Shown: piece by piece, positions 11,152 to 24,073 of the stretch | How the letters are laid out: the number at the start of each line of letters is the position of its first letter | Numbering within the stretch: position 1 is the first letter of the stretch | DNA from: Ruditapes philippinarum | Lineage: Eukaryota | Assembly (NCBI RefSeq): GCF_026571515.1 | Contig: NW_026851848.1 | Location: forward strand, 124,001 to 188,000 | Length of the DNA stretch: 64,000 bases | Direction of reading: 5' to 3' | Program-made: the position numbers and the translations under genes | The notes under the pieces: generated by a model | The model's database searches: none | Seen by the model: only the letters and a program-made list of their open reading frames with translations | Told to the model about the DNA's origin: nothing

Positions 11152-13106
11152 TCAATATGATATTTTCAATTTAAGTAGTTTTCTCTTGTCAGTCTTTGCG
11201 TTTGTTATGATAAGAAATGATTTATCACGTGATACGCACACTCTTGTTGGATATTCATATCTGGCTTGTATGATGATAAGATCTGACCAGTTTGTGATAT
11301 CTGAACAACGGCGTGTGTTCCTCTACACAAACAAGGATAGTATCATAGGGACCAATGCCTACCCACGTGGTTCCTTTATCTGATCATCGTTCACCACGAC
11401 TCTTGTGTTGTTTGAGCGTTCATAATTTAGACTGAACTCGTCGAACAGTTGTTGCACCATTTATCACTGGGCTCTTATGTAAGTACAAGCATCCCACTTA
11501 TTGGATATTTTTTTTCGGGAATGCTGATTGAAATCTTTCTTTTCCGTTAAAATGATACAATACGAACTTTTTTTAATGATCCAATTGTCCGAGACAAATG
11601 TTCATAAATTTTGAAGGCTTTTAATCGGGCCCCATTTCCCCCCTTTTTTTTAATTGTTGTTCATATTAAATTATGCATTAAGATTTGTTAACACCGTTAG
11701 AATTTACTTAAATGCAGAACCACTTGTAATTGCAATTCCTCATCAAGACAGCAACAAAGATCGTGGTTAGACTAAATACTTTATGACCTACTTTTTTTCG
11801 TTTTCTTTGATAAAGGAACTTTTTAAAATAATACACAACATTTTCCCTCAGGTAATGATAAATTTCCGGGAATAAAATGGTTTTCTTCACCCCTTTTTGC
11901 CTCAATCAATGGAATTTGGGTTTTTGTTTAATTCCCTTACTAAAAAGGATTTTTAGCTTTTTACTGCCCTTTGGGAACCGGGGAAGAGAAATTTCCTGGA
12001 GAAACAGGGATGGTCGAGGGGAAAATTTTAATTTTTCTCAAAATTTAAAGGAGCAGCCCCTGTCTTAAACCTTGACATTCTGGAACCATTTTTTTAGAAA
12101 TCTGTTGTCAGTCTTTACCTTTTTCCCCTTTTTAAACGGCTGACCAATTTTTGTATCAGTGCTTTGATACACAGGACGTAAGGTAAGCTTTCCCGGAATA
12201 AAAGTGATTGGGAGGGAGAAGTTTTAAAGTTTCATCAAATCAAAAGGTAGCAGTCACGGTTTCTAAACTTGACATTCTACATTGACATTTTTTGTGAAGA
12301 ACATTGACGTCATTCTTCATCTTCTGCTCAGCTATGAATCGTTGTACCACAGTTCCATTTTGATACACGTTGTCAATCGTCTCCAGACACGTCCTTATAT
12401 CAGCTAGATATTTCTCAGTCCGTGACTGCTTTATTGTCAGATTTTCTAATGTCTCTTTCTTAAACGATTCAACGTCTTTAACAACGGAAATCTTCAGCTC
12501 GTCAAACATTTTCATCTCTTTATCCCGCATTTGCCTGATTTTGTCTGGTATTTGTTTTACATCTTTGCCTAGTTTCTCTTTTGAGGAGTCAATTATGTTT
12601 CCTATTATTTCAGTTTTCTGTCTCACGTTCTCAAATTTATTCTTTAACTGTGAGGATTTCAAGAATACTCTTTTAGCGACCTTTTGAATTTCCAAAATGC
12701 TCTGGCATTTGCGATGGTAAAGAATAGCACAGGTGCTGCAGCAGAGCTGATTGTCATCTTCGCAGAAGAATTTTAGAACTTCCTGATGTTGATCACATTG
12801 GTCTAACCCTTTCATATCAAACGAGCTTTGTTTTATTTTCGCCTCGTTCGCGTTCACTAACTTGTGATTTTTAAAGAAATTGTGTGTGTAATGAACGTTA
12901 GAACAATCCAAACACTGAAATTCATCACAAGCCGAACAAAACTTTTCTGCTATCGTTCGTTTTTTGTCATTTAAACATGGTTTGCACAAAATTTTTTCCA
13001 CTCTTCCTGGTACCTCAACATGTTCCACTCGTTCTGGGACCTTATCATGTTCCACTCGTTCTGGGACCTCATCACTTCCCGCATTTATATCACAACTTTC
13101 CGCCAT
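11152..13106 (-). CDS. Second TRIM-like paralogue; 3' half frameshifted (pseudogene or consensus errors)
   Basis: ORF 12240-13106 is collinear with copy 1 through the B-boxes and coiled coil. Homology continues through frameshifts to VVVNDDQIKEPRG..IGPYDTILV..AVVQISQTGQILSSY..YPTRVCVSRDKSFLIITNAKTDKRKLLKLKISY*, with TGA at 11152-11154. Confidence 0.8.
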
Positions 13107-13419
13107 GTTAAATCAAAACTAGTCACTAGGAATAAAGTTTAAATACGTTTCTAAAAATGTAAGGGTTAGTTTTGTAACATACTTTCGTGTTTGTATATAA
13201 TTTCCGCATTTTATACGGTTTAAGTGATTTACTAAGTACTTCTAGGAAAAGCGGTTGTTTAAGTAAAGCTGTTCTCGTGATAACAACAATGTACAGGAAA
13301 TAAACACTAGTATACATGTATGTTGATTAATCAATGTGCAAAACACTTTAAAGTAAAGACAAACTAAAATTTTCAAAAGCTTAAAATTTATCAATATATG
13401 CAATTAAAAATAAGATTCT

Positions 13420-13720
13420 CACACTGACCGGACTGGCATTAATGCTACAAAAAACATTTTCATTCAAATTAAAACCTTTAGGCTGATTGAACTGGTATTA
13501 TTTAGAAATACTAAGTTTTTTCAACTGACTGTACTGGCATTATTTCAAAAGATATTAAGTTCATCATACTGACCGAACTGGCATTATTTAAAAATACTTA
13601 GTTCTTCATACAGACCGAACTGCTGGTATTATTTAGAAATACTTAGTTCTTTATACTGTTTGAACTGGCGTCATTTAGAAATACTTAGTTCTTCAAACCG
13701 ACTGAACTGGTATTATTTTT
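13420..13720. repeat. ~43-bp minisatellite upstream of TRIM copy 2
   Basis: About 7 degenerate copies of (G)AACTGGCATTATTTAGAAATACTTAGTTCTT. Confidence 0.8.
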
Positions 13721-13849
13721 GTCATGTTGTTAAAGTTTTACCATTACATTACACATTTTAGTGAGGACGAAATTGAATATCAAAAACAACTGTCAGGGAA
13801 AAACGTTATTCATTTTAGTGCGTTGTTTGCGGACGAGAAGTAGCATTAA

Positions 13850-14147
13850 AGGCACTCCACTGAGGTTTTTTTAAACATGACGTGACTGGCAAAATATTTT
13901 CCAGATTAATGCTTAATTTGAAATAGGGATTGACCAAACATTTGTGTGTAAAATGCTCACCCCTTTTTCCAGAATAATTCTTCTGATTGTAAAAATGACC
14001 CACAATGGAAAAGCGTTGCAACATATTTAGGATTTTCAATTAACTTCCTAGTATATTTCTTAATGTTCTTTTGCATATATTTCTGTTTTAAGTGCCCGGT
14101 TGATCTATGTAATATGTTTTACACGTTTAGACCTCAGTGGAGCTCCT
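13850..14147. mobile_element. TTAA-flanked MITE (Kolobok-like)
   Basis: TTAA|AGGCACTCCACTGAGGT...ACCTCAGTGGAGCTCCT|TTAA, 15/17 TIR match. Confidence 0.75.
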
Positions 14148-14309
14148 TTAATTAATTGCAAACACTATATATAATGAATTCTTGTTATTAAATTGTAAAT
14201 TATCGTCTAGTAAACTTTCATTGTAAGGTTGGATTTGTTAATTTTCATAAGTTTGGAACATAGTAGAAAAGCCCTGGCGAAGTGTGGTAACCAGCCTATC
14301 TGGTAACTT

Positions 14310-14864
14310 TATGTATGGGTAAGAGTTCGTATTAAGACGACCGTAGGGAGTCTTATCGGACTCTTACCCATATAACTGCAAATCGGCTCTTACAACTCGA
14401 TATCAGATAAAAATATAGAAAGTGTCACCTCTTTAATTAAGCATAACATTATTTTCCCCAGCAGTCACGTACAAACAAGGCATGTAAAACAATGAGTTTT
14501 CAACAATACCTAGGATGGTTAATGCAATTCATTCCTGTCATATGAAACAAAATAATGTTTTGCTTACTTTTTCTAGAAAATATAAACAGTCAGCAATTAA
14601 TAATTGACATTTTTCTTAGAGTTAAAAGGATATCGAAAAGTTACTGTGTTCTCATTTGTCTCTGCGAGCTGAGCACCACGTGCATTATCTATGTAATAAA
14701 TTTGAATGTATCCTCACATTGCTACAGTGTTATTAGCCCTTTTAGAAACACCTGACCTGGCTAATTAAAATATGCCAATCACAATTTTCACTATCAGCAC
14801 TGGTTTCTTCATGAAAAAGCGGCTACACTAATTACTGCCGAGTAAGAGCCGATTTGCAGTTATA
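14310..14864. mobile_element. Unclassified non-autonomous element with a terminal hairpin and a sub-terminal inverted repeat
   Basis: TATGGGTAAGAG...CTCTTACCCATA hairpin; TATAACTGCAAATCGGCTCTTAC (14371) inverted at 14842-14864. Confidence 0.55.
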
Positions 14865-15249
14865 GTAAATTAGTCTAATCATCAATTGGAACATCTCGGC
14901 TATTACTTATAATAACTTATCCGAAGTTTCACGGAAAGGGCCGAGAACGTGCGATATACGATTTATAATTATGTTGATAGTATTAAGTATCATACGTGCC
15001 ATGTAAGGAACTATTATTTTCATCATATACATGTTCAAACTAAATCACTTTACTTTATCTACTTTTTTCTTCAAGAAATAGTCTATAATAATATATCCAA
15101 AATGATAGATTTCTATTGTTTTTATCAATATTTTAAATAGTTAAGAAAAACGTTTACATGAAACTTCGTTCACAATCATTCATTTGTTACCGATGAATAA
15201 AATATCATCAAAAAATTACATGAAGACTTGATATTCTATTTGTATAATT

Positions 15250-15560
15250 CATGATGATGATGATGATGATGATGGTGAGGTGAAGATGATGTATGATAGG
15301 ATCGGTGATGATGAGGGTAATGATGATAAAGTCGATGATGAGATGAAGATGATGATATAATGGGACCGATGATGATGATGATGATGAGATGGAGATGATG
15401 ATATAATATGGGACCGATGATGACGAAGATGATGATGATGAGATGAAGATAATCATATAATGGGACCGATGATGATGAGATGAAGATGATGATATAATGG
15501 GATGATGATGATGATGATGATAGAATGAAGATTCTGCTGCTGCTTCTGCTGCTGCTGGTG
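15250..15560. repeat. Compound (GAT)n microsatellite with interspersed ATAATGGGACC units
   Basis: Seen directly; source of the poly-H/S/I ORFs. Confidence 0.95.
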
Positions 15561-16968
15561 AAATGAAACGTAAGATTTATCAAAAGCATGTTGAGGGCGG
15601 ACGTACTGTAATTGTGCAGTACATTATCGGTTTAAAACAGTTTGTCTACGCAATGTGTATTCCTATTTCTTGTTTTTTGTTTCATATCATAATTTGATTA
15701 TAATTAATAGAAGCATTAAAATGAAAATAGAAATCGCTTGAATTTTTCTTTCATTAATCCTTCTTAATTTGACTAGTAAGGTCACGTGAGATAATCTTTG
15801 CGACTATAATCATTCGTATTACACGGCCATTTATGCGCGAGCGCGTGAAATGTGATGCTAGGCGAGGTGTGCCTGATCTAGGGTCAAGTAGGGTCGTCCA
15901 GCGTCATAAACACATCACAATTACAGTCAGTTTCATCAACTATACTCCAAACAGAGCGAGATTTAACTATGACTTTTTTCAGCGCATGTACAAACTCTCC
16001 TGCGCATCGGTCGAATGTTTCACTACAGTATTGTTCAAGTGAGCGTACTAGCGTTTGAAATAACTTCGTAATAGATATACTTGAATTTGGATTCATTCCA
16101 TTTTTGCCCTATATTTTTCACATCAGTCGAAACTTATGAATATCCAATTCCATTCTTGCTCATAACTTTATTTTCTGTAGATTTAAAATCCAGTACTATC
16201 TTAATGAATTAAAAAAAAAACCTATAATAGTAATACAACATAAGCGATGTCTTGCTACAGGCTGGACGTGCAAATGTCAAAGGTCCAAATTTTATTACTT
16301 TCATCTTTTGTCTTAAGCTAGATTAAATTTAAAAAAAATATACTGTTACTATTGATATTACTAAATATATATATGTATCATTTTTTTTACTTTTTTTGTG
16401 GGAAATGACTGAAATTGAATTAAAATCATATACCAAATATTAAAACATGTTTCAAATGAAAAATACTGCAGTTTCCATGATTTTGAGAGGTAGGAGGGTT
16501 GAAAAGTGGATGAGGGGGGGGGGCAGTGACCAATCAACGCGCCGAACACATATCAGCTATCAGCAATATAGAAATTATTGAAAAATTGAGGATTAGACTT
16601 AAATAACCAACGATTTGCATTTCAAAATCTAAAGCATGACAAGTTCATTTCTTAAAAACCTGTGGAATCAGAACATGTTCGGCTATTATCTATCCGAAGA
16701 ATGACGAAAAGGGCCGAAAAGTTGCGATTGGAAAAGGAGAACTCAGTTTGTTCACGTAGCATTGTTGTTGTTTTTCCTCCTGTCATATGAATAAGACCTT
16801 TTGAACTGCGCGTTATTCCAGCAATTAAAATTTGTGATGATTAATTGTTTCCAAATATTACCTTTATTACACTGTGGTACTCTATACCCTGGTTTGTTTT
16901 ATATTTTGACTCAATATCCGTTGACATTTTTATATATGTAAAGAAAGGAATTTGTTTTGAAAGTGTCT

Positions 16969-17008
16969 ATGAAAATGAAGTCGGAATTTCTAATTGTTGT
17001 CGTTTCAG
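16969..17008 (+). CDS. Receptor exon 1 (signal peptide, N-half)
   Basis: MKMKSEFLIVVVS then CAG|gtaaag; phase 1 joins the next exon to complete a signal peptide. Confidence 0.6.
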
Positions 17009-20000
17009 GTAAAGTTTGATAATTTATTTTAATGGCGATATTTTAATCATTTACACTTAAATTGTCCAACAGTTTTCGATATAAGAATGCTTCTTTGAGA
17101 ACCTCTTTTACATGTATAGGATTGACTTTTTTTACTTGTTTTATTATTTAGTCGTGTTTTTTTTATTCTTTTTTTTTGTGAATTTATAAATTTCATTTGG
17201 TTTCTTTGGGTTTAAATATTTTAATTTTGTTAAATAATCATTTAATTTTCTGAACGTTTTTCTCTCTAACTGTTTATTTTAAAAGTTCCCCAATTTTGGC
17301 AAACATGCCTGGGAACACGGTATTATAATTCATAAATAATTCTCTCTAATATGTTAACCTATTACTCGGTTGAAATTAATTGCACAGCCTAACATTTAAT
17401 AACCAATTTTTCAAGTCATTTTTTAAAAATTTTAAGCAAGAACTTTATATCCATAGTTTAAGGAGGTGGTGTGGTATAGTAAGGGGGGGGGGGGTATAAA
17501 TATGGGGGGGGGGGGGGGGTACGTAAATATAAATTAAAAGTCCATAAAGCCTGAAACTCGTTGGCCATATATCCAAGCATATTTTGCCATTTATTAGCTA
17601 ATATATTGATTTAGTTTGCGATTATTTTTATTTTCCAAAAGCATTTTCTGAGTGATTTCCAAAAACTTACTCGTTGGTCATATATCCAAGCATATTTTGC
17701 CATTTATTAGCTAATATATTGATTTAGTTTGTATGAAAGTCAAAATACTTCTTTGTTTATATTTTGAAACCTTTATCACAAATTATCTCACATTCAACGT
17801 TATTTTTCTCAGGTGATAACATACATTTGTACTTTAGTTTGTCCTTTTTACAGAAGGAAAAAATCATTCCTGAGGCATAATGTGCCTTTAAACATAAGGA
17901 ATAGGACTTTGTATACATATACTGTAAATATTTATATTCTTTAAGTGCAAAATTTAAATTTGTTCCTTATGCATTGAAAAAGGAAAAATGTATCAATTTC
18001 TAGTAGGAATCAAGTTGTCTTATGAGTTGTTATAATTTGATTAGGCGATGATGATACAAAATGATGATGATGATGATGAAAAATGATGATGATGGTGATG
18101 ATGCAAAATGATGATGATGATGCAAAATGATGATGATGATGATGTAAAAACAGATAAATATAGAAACAAAATAAATGAATAACTGTGTGAAAAACGTTTA
18201 CATATATACAAGAATACCCCAAAACTTGCTTTTAATAAATCACATAAGCTATACATACATGCATATTACTTGCCATGGCATTTTTGTTTACGATTTTTAA
18301 ACTTGTATGTACATAATAGGTTCCCTTTGATGGAAGGAAATAATAGTTCCTATAACATGATAATTACTTTAGAGACGTTGTGTGGGTGGGGTGAGGAGCC
18401 GTACTATTATATTTCACAGAGGTCTTAATAAGCATGTGTTATAATAATGGCGACAACAAACATTTCGTTATTTTTCTTTGATATAATAAAGTTGAGGCCG
18501 ACTTAGCTGCAAATACTACGAGAAATAAAACACCAACGGCTTACATGACCCATACATTAAAACTATTAAAGCATTTATTTAACTGCAATTAGATTCAATA
18601 AGGCTGAAATACAAATTCTTGTACACTTGCAACTTCCTTTCCAAAATATTTGTTTGGAGAAAGGAAATAGCGCAATCAATGTATCTTTGTACGTTTGAAA
18701 ACGATAAATGGGAAACTTTGACTTTGAAACTTACCGAAATAATTCTTGTCCTCTATTATGTTCTACCATTCGAGAAATTAATCTGATTTAACATATTTCC
18801 CCAATAAATGTTGACAATAGATAAATAGTTTAGCACCAAATTTGAAAAGTCTTTGCCAAACTATTTTCAACAACATAAACTAAGCTTATTAAACATATTT
18901 CGTCAAGTATTGAAAACGGCATTTTTCGTCTAATATTGACATCGACATAAAACCACATTTTTCTGACATCAAAACCTACATAATGTGACAGATATTTCGG
19001 TTATATTGACAACGACATAAAAACTACATACTGTGACAGATATTTCTCTAATACTGACAACTACGTAAGAAAAATCTGCATACTGTGACAGATATTTCTC
19101 TAATATTTGCAACGACATAAGAAACCCTGCCTAATGTGGCAGATATTTCTCTAATATTGGCAACGACATAAGAAAACCCTGCCTTATGAGGCAGATATTT
19201 CTCTAATATTGACAACGTCATAAGAAAACCCTGCCTAATGTGACAGATATTTCTCTAATATTGACAACGACATAAGAAAACCCTGCCTAATGTGACAGAT
19301 ATTTCACTAATATTGACAACGACTTAAAAAAACCTGCCTAATGTGACAGATAGCTGGTCCACTTATATTGATAAAGACATAAGAAAAAACCTGCATAATG
19401 TGACAGATAGTCCTCTTAAATTGACAAAGACATAACAAAATCCTGCATAATGTGACAGATAGCTGGTCCACTTATATTGACAAAGACATAAGAAAAAACC
19501 TGCATAATGTGACAGATAGTCCTCTTATATTGACGACATTAGGAAAACTTGCATAAAAAGACATATTTCTCTAATATTGACAACAATAAAACAAGTAATA
19601 GAAAGAGCACCGAAACACGAGGTTATCTGATTTGTACGAGGGGGCGTAGCCCCCCGAGTATTAATCAGATTACCGAGTGTTTTGGTGTTCTTTCTCTTTT
19701 GTATCATAGTCAAACATAAAAACACGTTCCCTGTTGTTACAATATTAGACCCCGGCAAAAATGAACCAATGAACGAGCATCTAAATATGACATTTCTGTC
19801 GATTTCACTTTCACTGCCGTCACAATATGTAAACCCCAGCAAAAATGAGCCAATCAATGGGCATGCTCTGGAGTGCGGGTAACTAATACCCGCACTCCAG
19901 TTAACGCACGGTGCATGTATATGTATACGATTTAACCCTTACATATTTTCAACAGAAAGGTCTCCAAACTATGATACAATGTGACAGATATTCCGCTTAT

Positions 20001-23000
20001 ATTGACATCAATAAACAGAAACCTGCCTTATAAACTTATCACCGTCACCTACTGGTTTATCCGATCTCAATCAAAATGGCTGCTGCAACAGCCTGACAGT
20101 TAATTTTTACAGTAAATGTGAATTTATTTGGGATGGCCAAGAAGATTTTTATTTCTAATTTATGATATTTTAGTGCTTAACATTATGTTTTTAGTGTTTT
20201 GTTTCACTCGTTTTCTTTGTAATGTTTTTATTTCTAATTTTTAAAAATAATTTTCTGTTTTTTCCTAATTCATGAAAATGTCTCTCCTCGCAACATAAAT
20301 TTATGTACATGAATGTATCAAAATGGCGGTATGGCTTTAACATAATTTTGTTGTGTGTACGTTTTATGATTAACAAATGTTATCCGTATATGCTTATCAA
20401 AGCCTTATTAATTAGAAGTGAACAATATCCGAGTGTTATCGTGAATATTGGCGTTAGGCAATCGCAACTTCTCGGTCCTTTCCGTCAAACTTCGGATTAA
20501 GGATAATCGGCTAGGTGTTCCGTCGTCGCTCGTTGTGTGTAGTACAAAGTGGAGCATAAATATCATAGAAATAATTGTTTAGACATAAACGACAATAGGG
20601 TTATCTAGAGACATTAAACAGCACTGATAGTGACTCTAGTTTTCCACAAATTTATCAAACAATCCGTATCAAGTCACTTAGGCCAAGGAAAAAATGTTTG
20701 GGGTGATTTTGATATGGTATTTTAGTCCTATAAATATGACGTCGCTTTGAGATAGTTTTGCTTGTGCGCAAAGGGCTTGACCGACATAAACTAGAACAAG
20801 ACCGTAACGTTTGATATTTTAGACGTCTTTTTGATACTGTGGATTTTTCGGAAAAATGCCTCGCGATAGGGGTTGATGTTTGGGTGGCTTACTTTAAAAC
20901 CCCCAGGCCTTTTTTCAATTTTTAGAGGGCTTTTTGGGGGGAAACCTAAGCACGGATAACTGCACACACGAGGGTTGTTCAGAAAGTTATAGGACTGCGA
21001 GCCTATTCTCTTCACATTTTTTTTCTATATACAGTCAAAAAATCAACACAATATGTTTACAAATAACAATTCTGTGAATATTTCAAAGATGACAAAGGGT
21101 CCCGACCTGGCGCACGTAAACAATACAATAAATGACGTTCATGACGTCGCAAAATAAATGCAAAGATCAGCGTCATTTTTTTTTTATGAAAGTATTCTCC
21201 ATACATAGTGACCTATGTCTTTGGATCATGATGTAACTATAACTAGGCCTCAATAGAGATCAAGCGAAAATAAAAGCGATTCCACTTTTTTGTTCCACTT
21301 TCCGAAAAAAAAAAATGCCCGAAAGTCGGCCTGGCATTCTCCGATTTTTCTGGTGATCATTGAGTGATCTCGGAACTCAACAGGCATGGACTTATAATGT
21401 TTAATAATGTAAAGGTGATTTATAATCACAAACTCTTTGTTGTGAAATGAAGTGAAACTCTAAGTGACTCAAACAAAAAATATTTCGGGGTCGCTATTTG
21501 TATTTTTTTAAATACGGATCTTTTGTTTTACACACAGATCTAGCAAAATATACATATGAAATGTCAAAACTGTTTGTTTGTATAAAATACCTCTAACTTG
21601 TAGCCAAATAGAAATAAACGAAATGCTTTAGATATGTTGACAAGGTCACTGCTTAAACATTAATCTAAATAATAATTTGTCATGTATTTATTGTAGTAAA
21701 AATTATACAATAGATTTGTCTACACCTACCGGACATGACGATTATTAAAGTTATGTTTATAATTAATTATTCTTTTTTTTATAGTTTTGTTTAATATTCA
21801 TATTTTTGGCTTTTATTTGACAAGTTTGAAAATACTGTAATATCAAATTGTGTGTATTGTTTTTTGGTACTTTATTATATTTCGCAGTTCATAAAATGTA
21901 ACCAATGATCACAAAATATAAATAAATCACTATTGGACCCAATCTTATCACTTTAGCCTCGTTTTCATTTTCAGAGTTCTAAAATCCATATAAAATCTGT
22001 ATTAACTTTATCTAGCCTGTTCCATTTCGGAGACCAACAAGTTCATATCAAATTCATATTGTATTTCATCTAGCCTCGTTTTCATTTCCAGAATAAAAAT
22101 AATCCATGTCATCTCCATATTGTACTCTAAGTTTCTTTACTTTTCATGTGGTACAAAACACACACTGCTGATTTTGCTCTACAAATTGTTGGTGTGAAAT
22201 AAAGATGGCATTATCAATTGTTGAGAATAATATTAATTTTATTGGACTCGTACACAGCCTCGGCTATTTGTGTACACGTCCAATGAAATTCAGTATTGTA
22301 CTCAACAATGTATAATAACCTCATAATATTGTACTGGAGATGATAAAATGGATTGAACGAAACATTTAGGGCCGTCAATGTAAATTATAATATACAATAC
22401 GTGAAATATGCTGGTGATATTTTTACCACCAATCGATAAAAAGAAGGGAAAAGTAGTGATTTGTAGCTTAAAAAAGTAGGGAGAGAAAGGATATTTTCTA
22501 ACCAAAAAGATTTAAATTAGTCCTTATTATACTGCAAATATTTGATCATAGTGATATAGGCTGTTGTTAAGTGTGCCTTGGCGTTACTTTTCAGTGATTT
22601 TACTATAGGACTGTCTTTTAATTCTTTCACACAAGAGCATGTACTCTGAAGTAGTTTGTAGGTCTCCATCAAAGACAGCCACATTATCTTAAATTTACTA
22701 AAATTATATGTTGTGAATGTGATTTCGGGATGCACTAAGTGATTTCGGGATGGGCAAAAATGAGTAAATAGTTATTTATGCAGAAGTGGGTATGGGACCG
22801 TAAGGGTCTCAATGTGTCCAGGGCAAAGCCCTATTCAGGGGCCCGGGAGGAAACTCCACAGAATTTGCATTTTAAACCCAATTAAAACACTTTACAAAGT
22901 AACCATGTTATTTTGCAGGGTCTTATAGTGCTCATTTCAAATATTGTTTTATAAAATGATATAAACTTTTAACGACTTAAAATGTTCTTGTTTCATAAGT

Positions 23001-24030
23001 GATTAAATCGAGAACAAATAGGGAAGTACAGCCTGAAATATCCATTGTTGATGAATCAACATTGACTTATTTGTGGAGGAGTTCTGTATAATATTATGTA
23101 ATCATGTCAGAAACAGTTCATTCAATTTCTTGAGTGACTCATTAAACAACTCCCAAAACAATAGCTTCGGATCGTGAATAAGATAATCAATTGTTTGTGT
23201 GTGTTTTTTTGTTTTTGTTTTTTTTTTAAATCTATTTGCAAAAGAATTGTTGTCGTAAGATTTTAAAGGGTATAATGTTGTTATTCTTTCTATATTTTTC
23301 ATAGCCATATCTTATGTTAACTTGTCTCTATCCTATAATAGTCCATCAATAAACCAGATAAAAATGTCTCTTAATAAGATACCAGTAAATTAAAGCTATT
23401 ACCGATAATTTTCTACCATATCCTATGTGGGGGTTTTTTGTTTTGTTTTTGTGATATTCATTTAATTTCATAACTTAACAGAAGCTCATTATAGCTAAAT
23501 ACCCTGATAGTCACATTTTTAAATCTTAGCAATATCAAAAATGTTCAGGCGTCTCAACAAATTTAGCTCAAATCGGGCTAGTAATGGCACAAAAATGCGA
23601 GTCCATTTTATCATTACTAGTATCTTTTAAATCTTTCTGTTAAAAGTATCCCAAATGATCTATAGAAGAAATTAAAATCTTATGTTTTTGACCTTTGGAC
23701 ATCGGTTGAGGTCCTTTGAACAATTCATTTGTCTTAAAATGTTTAACAAGCTCTATTATGCTTAATTAATAAGTGTAAATATGTTATGTTTATTTTTCAG
23801 TCGCATGTTCGATTCTCTTTGGTGATGTTGAATGCAATGGAAGCAATAACGGAGTAGGTAAGCCTATTATTTGATATTATCTTACTTTTCCTTTTGATGA
23901 ATAATAAAAAGCATAAAACTTAGTAATTTTGTATTCGGCACCAATCATTGGTCCACGTGGATTTTAAATATCTTTATCTGTCTGACTGGTTGCAAAAATG
24001 CTGCAAACAATTAAGTTTCTTAATGATATA

Positions 24031-24073
<43 letters not shown>

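Noticed and set aside
17480-17520. Poly-G tracts as a G-quadruplex regulatory element
   Set aside because: Lies in a homopolymer-noisy block (17100-17560), so run lengths are unreliable.
15208-18256. Poly-His/Ser/Ile ORFs
   Set aside because: (GAT)n microsatellites.
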